A DNA stretch of 63,560 nt, filler included, from Octopus bimaculoides (lineage: Eukaryota), in assembly GCF_001194135.2 (NCBI RefSeq). It is 7 parts of 7 records of this genome, joined end to end, with 100 filler letters (N's around TTAATTAATTAA, not from the genome) between each part and the next. Parts side by side here need not be neighbours in the genome. Positions count along the whole stretch, not along the records: positions 41,447 to 52,126 come from NC_069002.1; positions 52,227 to 57,826 come from NC_068981.1; positions 57,927 to 60,074 come from NW_026413106.1; positions 60,175 to 62,150 come from NW_026313937.1; positions 62,251 to 63,560 come from NC_068995.1; 2 more parts are not named here. One strand, written 5' to 3'. The notes under the pieces are model-generated. The model searched no databases. It was not told the DNA's origin and saw nothing but the letters and a program-made list of their open reading frames with translations. Position numbers and translations under genes: made by a program. Position 1 is the first letter of the stretch, and every line of letters starts with the position of its first letter. Positions 50,201-62,627 of this stretch are shown piece by piece.

Positions 50201-52070
50201 ACTTGCTTTACTTCTGATGAAATTTATGGTGGCCTATTAGTGCTAAAATATCAAAACTTAATTCTGTGCAGATTCCAACGTGAAACCTCCGTCCTAAATT
50301 GATTCACGCTATTTCTCGAGTCTTACAATGCTTGCATTGAATCACATTCCTAACAAGATCATCACTGCGCTCTCCTTTTCCTCGGCAACAATAAATATAT
50401 ATATACTCTTAATCTTATTCTTTGTAAGCCTAGTACTTATTCTATCGGTCTATTCTGCCGAACCGCTAAGTTACGGGGACGTAAACACAACAGCATCGGT
50501 TGTCAAGCGATGTCGGGGGGACAAACACAGACAAATAAACGCACACACACACACACACATATATATACATATACATATATNNNNNNNNNNNNNNNNNNNN
50601 NNNNNNNNNNNNNNNNNNNNNNNNNNNNNNNNNNNNNNNNNNNNNNNNNNNNNNNNNNNNNNNNNNNNNNNNNNNNNNNNNNNNNNNNNNNNNNNNNNNN
50701 NNNNNNNNNNNNNNNNNNNNNNNNNNNNNNNNNNNNNNNNNNNNNNNNNNNNNNNNNNNNNNNNNNNNNNNNNNNNNNNNNNNNNNNNNNNNNNNNNNNN
50801 NNNNNNNNNNNNNNNNNNNNNNNNNNNNNNNNNNNNNNNNNNNNNNNNNNNNNNNNNNNNNNNNNNNNNNNNNNNNNNNNNNNNNNNNNNNNNNNNNNNN
50901 NNNNNNNNNNNNNNNNNNNNNNNNNATATATATATATATATATCTGAGTATGTGTGTGTTTATACATGTATATACATATATACATATATATATATGCTGT
51001 ATGTAGTAGGAACAGTAGTAGTAGTGGTTGTTGTTGTTTGTTTAGAACTTGTGACTGTTGCGTTTGCAGTGAGGCTGTCAACTTGTAACACTCGCCAGAG
51101 AAATGGTTGACAAGTAAACCCCCGAAGCAAGCTAAGCCATCGAATTAATGAAGAAATTCCTTTCCAAACATGGAATAGACACTCAGAAATCAATAAATTA
51201 ATTGCTTAAACGAATTTTACTGAAAGGGATATTAAATCGGTAAAAGCTTTTCTGACTTTATTTCAAGACAATAAAAAATAAAACTCACCGATATCGAAAA
51301 AAAAAAAAAGGGAAAAATATAATAAAAACCATCGAAACAATTTTATCCGTCCTTTTTTTTTTTTGGTATTTTTTATGGGTTTTTGTTAGTGCTGTTGTTG
51401 TTCAGTGTAGTGCATGGCTGTCTAGTTCCTGTGGTTATTTGTTTTGTACTATTGCGGTTATTGTTCTTGCTGTTTTCAAATTCCAACTTTTTGCGTTGGA
51501 AATTCATCGCCATATCCTTTAGAACATTGGCATGTTTTCGACCAAATCTCTTTAACAGCGGCACCAGCAACAGCAACAGCAGCAGCACGAGCAGCAACGG
51601 CAGCAACGACAGCACCAGCTGCAGCCAAGTTAGAATCAAGTCAGATATATATGTCTGTCTAATGACCATTTAGGTAAGAAAAAATAAAAGAGGAAAAAAT
51701 TCTTTCTCTCTGCTATTATGTTCTCTGTGAATACGGTTTGGCTTGCAAGAAAAAGTCTGTAGATTGATTTATGGAAATTGGCACCGTATTCCATTGTTTC
51801 ATGCAACTCTGGAATAAAGATCTTTTTCCTCGTTTTCCTCCCCCTCCCCTTCAGAATAACAACGGAAAAAGTAACAAAAACAAAAAGGGGGAAACACAAT
51901 ATATATATATATATATATATACATACACAGATACACGTATGTACATATATATGTGTGTGTGTGTGTATGTATTCGTATATATATGCATGTATGCATATAT
52001 AGGCATAAATATAACCTATATATACATGTATATTTATAGATGTGTATGAATCTATATATACGAATATATT

Positions 52071-52126
<56 letters not shown>

Positions 52127-52226
52127 NNNNNNNNNNNNNNNNNNNNNNNNNNNNNNNNNNNNNNNNNNNNTTAATTAATTAANNNNNNNNNNNNNNNNNN
52201 NNNNNNNNNNNNNNNNNNNNNNNNNN

Positions 52227-53187
52227 GAGCATCTTTGCTACATTTCATTTACAATAACCATCAGTTTTATTTAGATATATCTTTATCCAGTTCATTATAA
52301 TGGTCTTTCAAAAGACTTCAATGAATAACGTATGCCATGAACACACAGCGTCTGAAAGGCGACAGTGTCATCCGAGGACGAAATATAGCAACGATTATCA
52401 TATTCACATTCAAATCTACCGAAACGTATAAAAAATAAATGCGTATTTCAATGTTTTGAGTCGTTCTGTTTTCCTAGCATATGATAAATCAAAAGTAACA
52501 TGAATACATACATACGCAAATACTCATACATACATACATACATACATACACACATACGTACACATACACGCATATATATGCAACTACCTTTTAAGAACTT
52601 TAATATATTGTTGTTGTTGAGATACGTAGTCGGAGACACAAGATACGTTATAAAAATCTATTCAACCACGTGTTTCAATAGCAAGTAACTATTAATACCT
52701 CTTACATTAATACACTGTATATTGAATGATATTCGTCTCTCACTGGATGGAGTACATTTTGTTCAGCCTACCTTAATAAAGCAGTAAAATACATATNNNN
52801 NNNNNNTATGTATATATATATACATATGTATATATCTATTTGTATGTCTGCGTGTATGTGTGTTTGAGTGCGTGCGTGTGTTTGTATATGTATGCACGCG
52901 TGCGTTTGCATTTGTGTATGCGTGTACATGTCCGCGCACTCTCACACACATACACACACACACTCAAACGTATATATTACAATATCCATATTCACATTGA
53001 ATATCGTCCGGCAGATTTAGACGAGAGAAAGCTAGAGCATCTTTGCTACATTTCATTTACAATAACCATCAGTTTTATTTAGATATATCTTTATCCAGTT
53101 CATTATAATGGTCTTTCAAAAGACTTCAATGAATAACGTATGCCATGAACACACAGCGTCTGAAAGGCGACAGTGTCATCCGAGGAC
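52227..53187. other. Identical 153-bp direct repeat at both gap-adjacent contig ends (probable assembly overlap)
   Basis: 52227-52379 equals 53035-53187; each copy abuts an N run. Confidence 0.7.
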
Positions 53188-54214
53188 NNNNNNNNNNNNN
53201 NNNNNNNNNNNNNNNNNNNNNNNNNNNNNNNNNNNNNNNNNNNNNNNNNNNNNNNNNNNNNNNNNNNNNNNNNNNNNNNNNNNNNNNNNNNNNNNNNNNN
53301 NNNNNNNNNNNNNNNNNNNNNNNNNNNNNNNNNNNNNNNNNNNNNNNNNNNNNNNNNNNNNNNNNNNNNNNNNNNNNNNNNNNNNNNNNNNNNNNNNNNN
53401 NNNNNNNNNNNNNNNNNNNNNNNNNNNNNNNNNNNNNNNNNNNNNNNNNNNNNNNNNNNNNNNNNNNNNNNNNNNNNNNNNNNNNNNNNNNNNNNNNNNN
53501 NNNNNNNNNNNNNNNNNNNNNNNNNNNNNNNNNNNNNNNNNNNNNNNNNNNNNNNNNNNNNNNNNNNNNNNNNNNNNNNNNNNNNNNNNNNNNNNNNNNN
53601 NNNNNNNNNNNNNNNNNNNNNNNNNNNNNNNNNNNNNNNNNNNNNNNNNNNNNNNNNNNNNNNNNNNNNNNNNNNNNNNNNNNNNNNNNNNNNNNNNNNN
53701 NNNNNNNNNNNNNNNNNNNNNNNNNNNNNNNNNNNNNNNNNNNATATATATAAACAATATATGAGTATATGCATATATATGTACTTGTATATATATACGT
53801 TCATCCACATGTACATATAGATACATAACTGGGTACATGACGTGGCAAAAGAACAAGGACAAAAATGGTAAACAATGTGCAACAAACAAGCAGGCACATA
53901 GAAACATCCCCTTCATCAGCTGCCACCATTAAAACACCGGCGTTATATATATATATATATATATATATGAATAATAACAATAAATGGAGCAAAATGCATA
54001 TACATAAAAGTTCCACAAGGAACTTTTACATATATGCGTTTTGCTCCATTTATTGTTATTATCCATATCTACTCAAAATTCATCACTACCTATAAAACGG
54101 GTGTGATATCCTGTTTTTTTGTGTGTAATTTTTGCTACCCATGGAAACTATTAACATATTTACATTGTCAAGATTTTTGAAACTGAGATAATATTAATAT
54201 ATACATAAACTAAA

Positions 54215-54268
<54 letters not shown>

Positions 54269-54299
54269 ATGTATGTATGTATGTATGTATACATACATA

Positions 54300-54600
54300 C
54301 TATGGACTTACCTGTCGTTAGATGACATATGAGGCCTCCGCAATTTCTTGCGGAACATCATAGCCACTGAAATCTTTTTCTTTATAGTGATCAAATTTTA
54401 GCATTGAAAATAAGTTCATGTGTCGAGGACTTAGTCAACTGGTTTAACAAAATCAACGTTCACCTCGGGGATCTTTAGAGTATATCTCCTCTGAAGCATT
54501 CAGTCAATGTCTCAAGATTAGGCATACCTTCGTATAGCTTTATTAATCGTCTCGGGGTGCCTGTGAAGGAGCATGAGTATTGCTTTCTAAATACATAAAA
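54300..54600 (-). mobile_element. Possible mariner transposase fossil
   Basis: Frameshifted remnants LSPRHMNLFSMLK (compare DLSP.D..LF..LK), SL*RKRFQ (L.G.RF) and ICHLTTG. Confidence 0.35.
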
Positions 54601-54647
54601 GGTTATTGATCTATATCTATACACACCAATCTCTAATTCTCTTTCTC

Positions 54648-54752
54648 ACTCTGTCTCACGCTCTGTCTCACTCTGTATCACTCTGTCTCACGCTCTGTCT
54701 CACGCTCTGTCTCACTCTGTCTCACGCTCTGTCTCACGCTCTGTCTCACTCT
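54648..54752. repeat. Minisatellite of 10/12-bp units CTCTGTCTCA(CG)
   Basis: About nine alternating units are directly visible. Confidence 0.9.
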
Positions 54753-54757
54753 CTGCC

Positions 54758-54833
<76 letters not shown>

Positions 54834-55641
54834 CCTCTCTCTCTCCTTCAGTGCCTCTCTCATATCTGCATCAAATATCGCTCTGATTCTTTTCACTACT
54901 TTCCCCATTTATGGGCTTTCTTATACTGTTTTTAATTATTTAAACCACTTACACGTTTCTTTGAGTATATTTAGTATATCATTAAGTCATTGTCCGCTTC
55001 TTTACAAAACGCATCTCATTATTGTTCTTATTAAATATTGCTTTGTCTATATCAGTTCCTATTTCTTTCTTACAATTCTAGCTTCCCTTATCCCAAACAT
55101 TTCTACAGTCTTTTATTGACAGTGGTGTAAGATTAACTGAGTTATCGCATGTAACTTTGCTAGTATCAAGAGAAGTGACAAAAGTAGTGATTGTTATTAC
55201 AAAAAAAAAAAAAATCATTCCACAAATACGCCCGCTCACATGCCATATAAATAGAAATTCGATATTAATATAATTGCCAGACGATATCAATATACAAGGA
55301 AGATGTGAAGTCCGCCAGATTCTAAATTGTAGACAAATTTTTAGATGCCTATGCAACAACCGGTGAAGTATTATTAAATATATGCATGTAAACGGATACA
55401 TTAACATAATCATTCCTATCTCACACACACAAAAAGAAACACACATACAAATACACACAGACACATACTGACATGCGCACACACAGATACACACACAGAT
55501 ACACATATACACACATACACGCACACACAAGCACACACACATTCATGCAACATTTTTGCGGCATCATAGTAAATATTAAGCGAATATCAGTTACTTTTCA
55601 AATATGTATTTGTACTTTGGTAATGTATGTATGTATGTAAG

Positions 55642-55752
<111 letters not shown>

Positions 55753-56239
55753 NNNNNNNNNNNNNNNNNNNNNNNNNNNNNNNNNNNNNNNNNNNNNNNN
55801 NNNNNNNNNNNNNNNNNNNNNNNNNNNNNNNNNNNNNNNNNNNNNNNNNNNNNNNNNNNNNNNNNNNNNNNNNNNNNNNNNNNNNNNNNNNNNNNNNNNN
55901 NNNNNNNNNNNNNNNNNNNNNNNNNNNNNNNNNNNNNNNNNNNNNNNNNNNNNNNNNNNNNNNNNNNNNNNNNNNNNNNNNNNNNNNNNNNNNNNNNNNN
56001 NNNNNNNNNNNNNNNNNNNNNTAGTGTGTGATTGACCGTTATTGAGACAAAAGGGCTATTAGAATGACCGCTAAGTAAGGGGAGGCAGTAAAGGTAAGGG
56101 AGTAAAAAAGTTTATAGTATTCGTGTAAGCGCACCAATCCGTACAAGCGCCTATATGCATATACTCATCCACCCTCGCTTGAAACACACACATGCTCACT
56201 CACACATTCGCCAAATATATATATACATACATACACACA

Positions 56240-56286
<47 letters not shown>

Positions 56287-56599
56287 TTACATACACATTT
56301 ATATACCTGTATGTACGGGTATACTCGCATACACACCCACACACACACGCGCAACACACTCGCACCCATATACACGCGCGCAAAAAAGGTCCATACACAC
56401 GTCAATATACGCACATGCTCAAGAAAAAAACACAGGGCTAAAAGCTAAATACAGAAAAAAGTGTGAAAAAGCTATAAGGGCAAAATCGTGTCTATATGCG
56501 CATATTCTCGCATGCATGCACATACATCTATATACGCACGTACCCGCGCAACACACAAAGGATGATTTTTCAAGTCTTTATTGATAACGAGATTGTCGT

Positions 56600-57660
56600 A
56601 TAATTTCTCTCAAAGTTATCGCACGATATACCACCGCTTTAGAAAATGGCTATTATCTTACCAGACAGATCGAGGGTTTCTGAAGTCAAAATTCGGTTCT
56701 TGAGACGGATACTGTCTACGTGCATAATTTAGGTTGTGGTATAAAATTAGAGCACATAGGCCAACATTACTGGCCTTAAAATTATTAGTGTTGAGGAACT
56801 TAATAAATAACTGGGAAACTATTGTGAGGGTTAAAAAGTCTGAGTCAATGTTGGTGATTATATTCATGTTTTCTGGGAGATTAGATCATATTACACTCTT
56901 CTTGGTATTTAAACTTGTGAGGAATGTTGGATAGCGCTAATTTAATACTGAAGTTAGTGCCTGTTAGCGTCAGGAACAAAGTTGTCAATTTATTTTGTTT
57001 AATGATAGGTTCGAAACATTCATAATTTTACTGGCTGCATTATATATATGTTGTTAGCATTCTTCCGTATGTATATGCTTCCCTAATTTGTCATAGTAAT
57101 CTCTCGTGTTTAAATCTGGGGATATATCTAAGAATTTTAGTATCTTTAGGATGGCGCTAATGAAATCATTGAATTTTCTTATCAAGAGTATTCAAAATAA
57201 GTCTTTATTTATGCTTTCTGATACTGTTAATCCATAATCTCTGTACATATAAGTACATGACTGATAGTCATATACGACGGAGTTTCTCAGTTCCATCACA
57301 GATGACCACGGAGATATCGTAATGCTGGTCATCTTTTTGTTTTCTTTAGTATAAGTTGTTATGGTATATGTGTTCGTTATACATTTGTCTTCATTATTTT
57401 TCTGATATGAAGATCGTTAACGACTATGAATTATTCCAATCTATGAATTATTCCAATCCTTTCACCAGTAGGTGTAAACGTAAAATCTCTATAAACATTG
57501 CAGAATAGCTATGCCAGATAATTATACGTCAGATCTGAGAGCTTTCCCTTACGCCTTAGCGGCTAAAATTTTCAGCAGCTTTATCATCGTCCAGACTTGC
57601 AATACTAATTAGCATGTAACTGCACTCGATCACTGAGAATCGATGCAACACTTAAATATA
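56600..57660 (-). mobile_element. Decayed L1/Tx1-type reverse transcriptase fragment
   Basis: Remnants ..YDISVVI (YADD-like), YGLTVSESINKD (Y...G..IN..K) and GRMLTTYI (GR..N.YI). Confidence 0.4.
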
Positions 57661-57764
57661 TCTCCTTACTTTGGATAAACTGAACGAGTACCCATCCTAG
57701 AAGGTCTGTGTACGAAGGAATGAAGAAATTACTAGATTCCTTATATATGTGTATGCATGTGTGT

Positions 57765-57826
<62 letters not shown>

Positions 57827-58109
57827 NNNNNNNNNNNNNNNNNNNNNNNNNNNNNNNNNNNNNNNNNNNNTTAATTAATTAANNNNNNNNNNNNNNNNNN
57901 NNNNNNNNNNNNNNNNNNNNNNNNNNATATATGTATATATACACATATATAAACATATATAATAAATGAATATTTGTATATACTATATATAAATACACAC
58001 ACATATATATATATATAGGATATATATATAGTGTATATATGTATGCATATACACATAGCATATATATGGTATATACTTATGGTGTATACCTATAAATATA
58101 TAGTATATT

Positions 58110-59080
58110 TTGTATATATATACATATATATATGGTGTATATATATATATATGTTTTTATAATAACAAACATAAAGGTAAGAAATATAAGGTTCCCATAG
58201 ATAACTATGATATTATAAACAAAGATAAGGCTGACAATAAATGCAAACATTACAATAAGAATTTCAGATTAGCTAATACAAGGATAGATCATTCATTTAA
58301 AAATTAAAATCATGAACCTAATAGAAAGAATAACGTAAAAACTTGGTTAATAATCCCTTACTGGGACCAGGTTAAAACAAATATTATTAAAGAAATTTTA
58401 AATATAATCGAAACATTCATTCAAGACAATAAAAAATATGAAGACATTTTCTCTTGTAAGAACTTTGGGGTTGGTTACTCTACTACTAATAATGTTGGTA
58501 ACATTATCTCATCCTTTAATAAGTTTAAATTGAATAAGTTTTACAATAATAAATTACGCAACACTCCCAATAATAATAATAGTAATAATAAAGACCAGCA
58601 CATAACTAACTACACATGCAAAGATAAAACCAGATGCAAATTTAACAATAAATTCAATTTAGATAATGTGATATATCATTGTGTTTTAACTCTTAATGAT
58701 AATAATAACAAAAATAGACATAGTCTAAACACAATTTACATTGGCCCAACTTCTAACAAAATCAAATCACAAGTGGCTCAACATATGCATTCTTTTAAGA
58801 ATAGAAAATTAATTCCACTGGCCTTAGTAAATATATATGGGACCTGAAATCAAAAGGAATTAAATACAATTTAAAATGGGAAATAGTTTGCAAGGCTATA
58901 TCTTATCAAATAGGCAGTAAATTCTGCTCTTTATGCACTAACGAGTTTAAGGAGATACTATTTACTAATAATAAAAAATTAATAAATTCCTAAGATGAAC
59001 GCAAATTAAATGTAGACATAAACTTATCTTTTTATAGAATAAGTTTAGATAATGTTCATACAAACATTATTTTAAAATAT
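58110..59080 (+). mobile_element. Penelope-like element, linker and GIY-YIG endonuclease region (one stop, one frameshift, then a further stop)
   Basis: TWLIIPYWDQVKTNIIK (W.NPPY..VKTNI-like); NVIYHC..YIGPTSNKIKSQVAQHMHSF; then STGLSKYIWDLK..LKWEIV..CSLCTNE. Confidence 0.9.
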
Positions 59081-60070
59081 TTTATTTAGTAATGACTTCG
59101 TAGAAGGAAATAAAGTTTAGTTGTGATGGATTTGTGATTAATACTTAGTTCGAATAAAAGATTTATATAAACCTTATTTTATAATACTTGCTATAGTAAG
59201 GACTTCACAGAAGAGAATAAAGTTTAGTTAGTGTGTAGGTTTTGTGAATAATACGTGGTTCGAATAAAAATAAACAAACTACTCAGAGACATATAAGTTC
59301 ACCGAAATATCACTATTCCTCATAATATGCTATATCTTACGTACCTTAGATACTTTTACATTATTAGCTCCTATCACTTAAACCTTAATAATAATTAAAT
59401 TATCTTCCACTAAATAGCTTACTATTGTTTAGTTTCCCGTCTATATACATACTTCGTCATTTTATTCATTTAATATGTTCTTCTTGTCTCTTCTCCTTAT
59501 AACACCATATTGTCATCTGATTTACATATTTTAATTCTACATAGAAAGTTTAATATTTGTGGTCACGAATGAACACCATTTTGTCACGTGACATACATCA
59601 TATAAATTCTATGCTTCATGGGTAATACTACAGTCAACAAGGAATCTTCGATAAGATAAGTGATGTTGTTCTTTTTATTAATACAGTTAAACGTCTGAAT
59701 TCATTTAATAGTTAATACACTATCTTTTTATGTTTTCCTATTTTTAATCTACAGAAAGTATTTCTTCATTAGACAAATTATGCCTTTAATTTGAGAGATT
59801 ATTATTATTTTAAAATCTTGACATTTTATGAATTGTACTAATAGTTGCTTAAACATACAGATATTTCTACTTTTTCCTATTTTATTTTATTGCATTTTTA
59901 AATATTAGGATAGGTTTTTTGAATTTACAAGACCTGAAGAGTATCCTCATTCTGAGTGGAACTTATCGTGATCGATTTATTGTAAAATGCACAGATCTTT
60001 TCCACTATTATGTGACCACAAAACACGTGTAGTCTATTATTCACTTTCGTTTTTATAAATTTACTAAACT
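59080..60070 (+). mobile_element. Probable Penelope pseudo-LTR or 3' region
   Basis: AT-rich continuation of the GIY-YIG ORF with an internal tandem duplication (about 59090-59275) and a decayed CTGAAGA hammerhead-like motif at 59934. Confidence 0.4.
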
Positions 60071-60174
60071 GAATNNNNNNNNNNNNNNNNNNNNNNNNNN
60101 NNNNNNNNNNNNNNNNNNTTAATTAATTAANNNNNNNNNNNNNNNNNNNNNNNNNNNNNNNNNNNNNNNNNNNN

Positions 60175-60760
60175 ACCACCACCTCCTTCTGCAACACAGC
60201 AATTTTCTTTTCCGTATCCACCTGCCAGAGAAAGCAGTAGGTTCAACCTTGATAAGAGGTAAAGTTGATCCCGACGGAACGCTATCTAAGCTTTGTTCGC
60301 AGCATGTAAATAAGAGCCCTCCTCGTGGCCTATGAAGAAGAAAGCTCTGTTCTAAATCCTTTCGACTCCGTCTGTGACAGAGCGATTTTCTCCTTCGTGG
60401 CCACATACCAGAGAAAGCTGCTGGTTCAATCTTGATTAAAGGTGATGTAGACTTAGAACGTAAAGACGTAGGGATAGAATGCCATCCATGTAAGCTTTAA
60501 TCGCAGCATGTAACGAAGAACTTACCTCGCAGCTTACGAGGAAAGTCAGTTCTGTTCTCAAGCATTTCAATTCCGTCTGCAACATAGTAATTTTCTTCTT
60601 GGTGGCCACCTGCTCGAGAAATATGCTTGTTCAACCTTCCCGATAGACCCAGCTCATAGCCGGATCCGTGCCTCTCGTGATAACAACTGTTCGGCATAAA
60701 CCGGCAAATCCGCATTGCACAGACGTCTTTGGACGAGTTCTTTCTTGCCTCACGGTATTT
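60175..60760 (-). mobile_element. Tx1-type ORF2 C-terminal segment, tandemly repeated about 2.5-3 times
   Basis: LVQ..ADLPVYAEQLLSREARIRL*AGSIGKV followed by repeated F(L)..VATK.K....T..K..RTEL units with periods of 205 and 183 bp. Confidence 0.55.
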
Positions 60761-60982
60761 AGTCACCAGGGACAAAGAGTTTTCATAAATAAGAGATCTT
60801 GAAATCTGAATGAGTTTCACAATAATATACCCAGGAGAGTAATTTTACTTGTTTTGACAAAATGTCAACCTGTCATCCTGTAGTTGTTGGGGGTTGTATT
60901 TAAAAATAAACAACAAGACGACAAAAGCAACAACAACAACAGAAATGATACTAGTAGTAGTAGTTGTAATAATAAAAAAGAA

Positions 60983-61042
<60 letters not shown>

Positions 61043-61423
61043 AAAAAGAAGAGAAAGAAAAAGGAAAAAAGGACAAGAAGACGAAGTAGAAAAAGATGAA
61101 AAANNNNNNNNNNNNNNNNNNNNNNNNNNNNNNNNNNNNNNNNNNNNNNNNNNNNNNNNNNNNNNNNNNNNNNNNNNNNNNNNNNNNNNNNNNNNNNNNN
61201 NNNNNNNNNNNNNNNNNNNNNNNNNNNNNNNNNNNNNNNNNNNNNNNNNNNNNNNNNNNNNNNNNNNNNCCCCCCCCCCCGGGTTCAGCTGGTACTTATT
61301 TCATGGACCTCGAAAGGATGAAAGGCAAAGGCAAAGAATTTGAACTCAGAACGTGAGGACGGACGAAATGTCGCTAAGCATCCTGCCCTGCTTGCTAACG
61401 ATTCTGCCAGCTCCACCGCCTTC

Positions 61424-61425
<2 letters not shown>

Positions 61426-61463
<38 letters not shown>

Positions 61464-61526
61464 TAATAATAATAATAATAATGAGAAAAAGAATAATAAT
61501 TATAATAATCATAATATTGAGAAAAA

Positions 61527-61587
<61 letters not shown>

Positions 61588-61613
61588 TATAATAATCATA
61601 ATATTGAGAAAAA

Positions 61614-61660
<47 letters not shown>

Positions 61661-61760
61661 TTAATAATAATAATAATAATTATAATAATCATAATATTGA
61701 GAAAAAGAAGAAAAGGAAGAAGTAGAGGAGAAGAAAAAGAAGAAGAAGAAAAACAATAAC
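61426..61760. repeat. (AAT)n array interrupted by repeated ataatcataatattgagaaaaag units
   Basis: Three full higher-order units and one partial unit are visible. Confidence 0.9.
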
Positions 61761-62364
61761 AACAAGAAGAAGAAAGATCTGCCGACAGTCTCTCGAGTTC
61801 TATTACATGATATTTGTCAGTTTGTCTCTCTGAATATCCAGTGTGTGCGTGTGAGTGTGTGTGTGTGTGTGGNNNNNNNNNNNNNNNNNNNNNNNNNNNN
61901 NNNNNNNNNNNNNNNNNNNNNNNNGGGGGTTCGTTTCGTTTTTTGATGGCTTCTCGTGTCCTGTGTGGTTTGCTATAACGTGCTAACCATCCCCGCTTCT
62001 CTTCTCCTCATTCCATTCCGAGCGAAGATTTTCTAGGTGCAATCCCACGAAGCATTCGTGACCGAGAGGCGTCTTTGACAACGGTCTGGGAAACGAAGCT
62101 CCGAGCTTGCAATCGTGAGAGCTACAACGTCACAGCTGCGCCACGCGCTTNNNNNNNNNNNNNNNNNNNNNNNNNNNNNNNNNNNNNNNNNNNNTTAATT
62201 AATTAANNNNNNNNNNNNNNNNNNNNNNNNNNNNNNNNNNNNNNNNNNNNGAATGAGTGAGAGAAAGAGAGAGAAAGAAAGAGAGAGTGAGTGGGTGACG
62301 AAGTTTACCTTAACATTGAATGGGTAACAATCTATCATAATTATATATATCGTTATGCATCATC

Positions 62365-62627
62365 AGTATGCCAGCGGCACGTAAAAAGTACCATTCGAGC
62401 GTGATCGATGCCAGTGCCATCTGACTGACCCCCGTGCCAGTCACACTTGAAAAGCACCTACTACACTCTCGGAGTGGTTGGCGTTAGGAAGGGCATCCAA
62501 CTGCAGAGACCTTGCCAGAACAGACTGCAGTCTCATTGCAGCCTCCTGGTTTGCCAGTCCTCTGTCAAACCGTCCAACCCATGCCAGCGTGGAAAGCAGA
62601 CCTTAAACGACGATGATGAGGATGATG
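62365..62627 (+). mobile_element. 5'-truncated SINE with (GAT)n tail
   Basis: gagtggttggcgttaggaagggcatcca...gtcaaaccgtccaacccatgccagcgtggaaagcagaccttaaacgacgatgatg. Confidence 0.75.

Noticed and set aside
51373-51673. ORFs around the CAG/CAA-rich tract
   Set aside because: They stay open because of low-complexity trinucleotide repeats; no splice signals or recognisable motifs.
52227-53187. Perfect 153-bp direct repeat as LTRs or a duplication
   Set aside because: It is 100% identical, about read length, and both copies abut gaps, so it is most likely an assembly overlap. No TG..CA ends.
54312-54366. Minus-strand exon with a perfect CAG|GTAAGT donor
   Set aside because: It lies within a segment resembling a decayed mariner transposase; two frames are closed and nothing else supports it.
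60175-60680. H/ACA snoRNA cluster (conserved AGAACA box, hairpin and ACA in each repeat)
   Set aside because: The conserved words are explained by codons (RTEL, YMLR) of a Tx1-like ORF2 C-terminus, and the 5' hairpin is not consistently conserved.
60175-60760. CRISPR-like repeat-spacer array
   Set aside because: This is eukaryotic DNA; the repeats are about 140 bp and diverged, and no cas genes are present.
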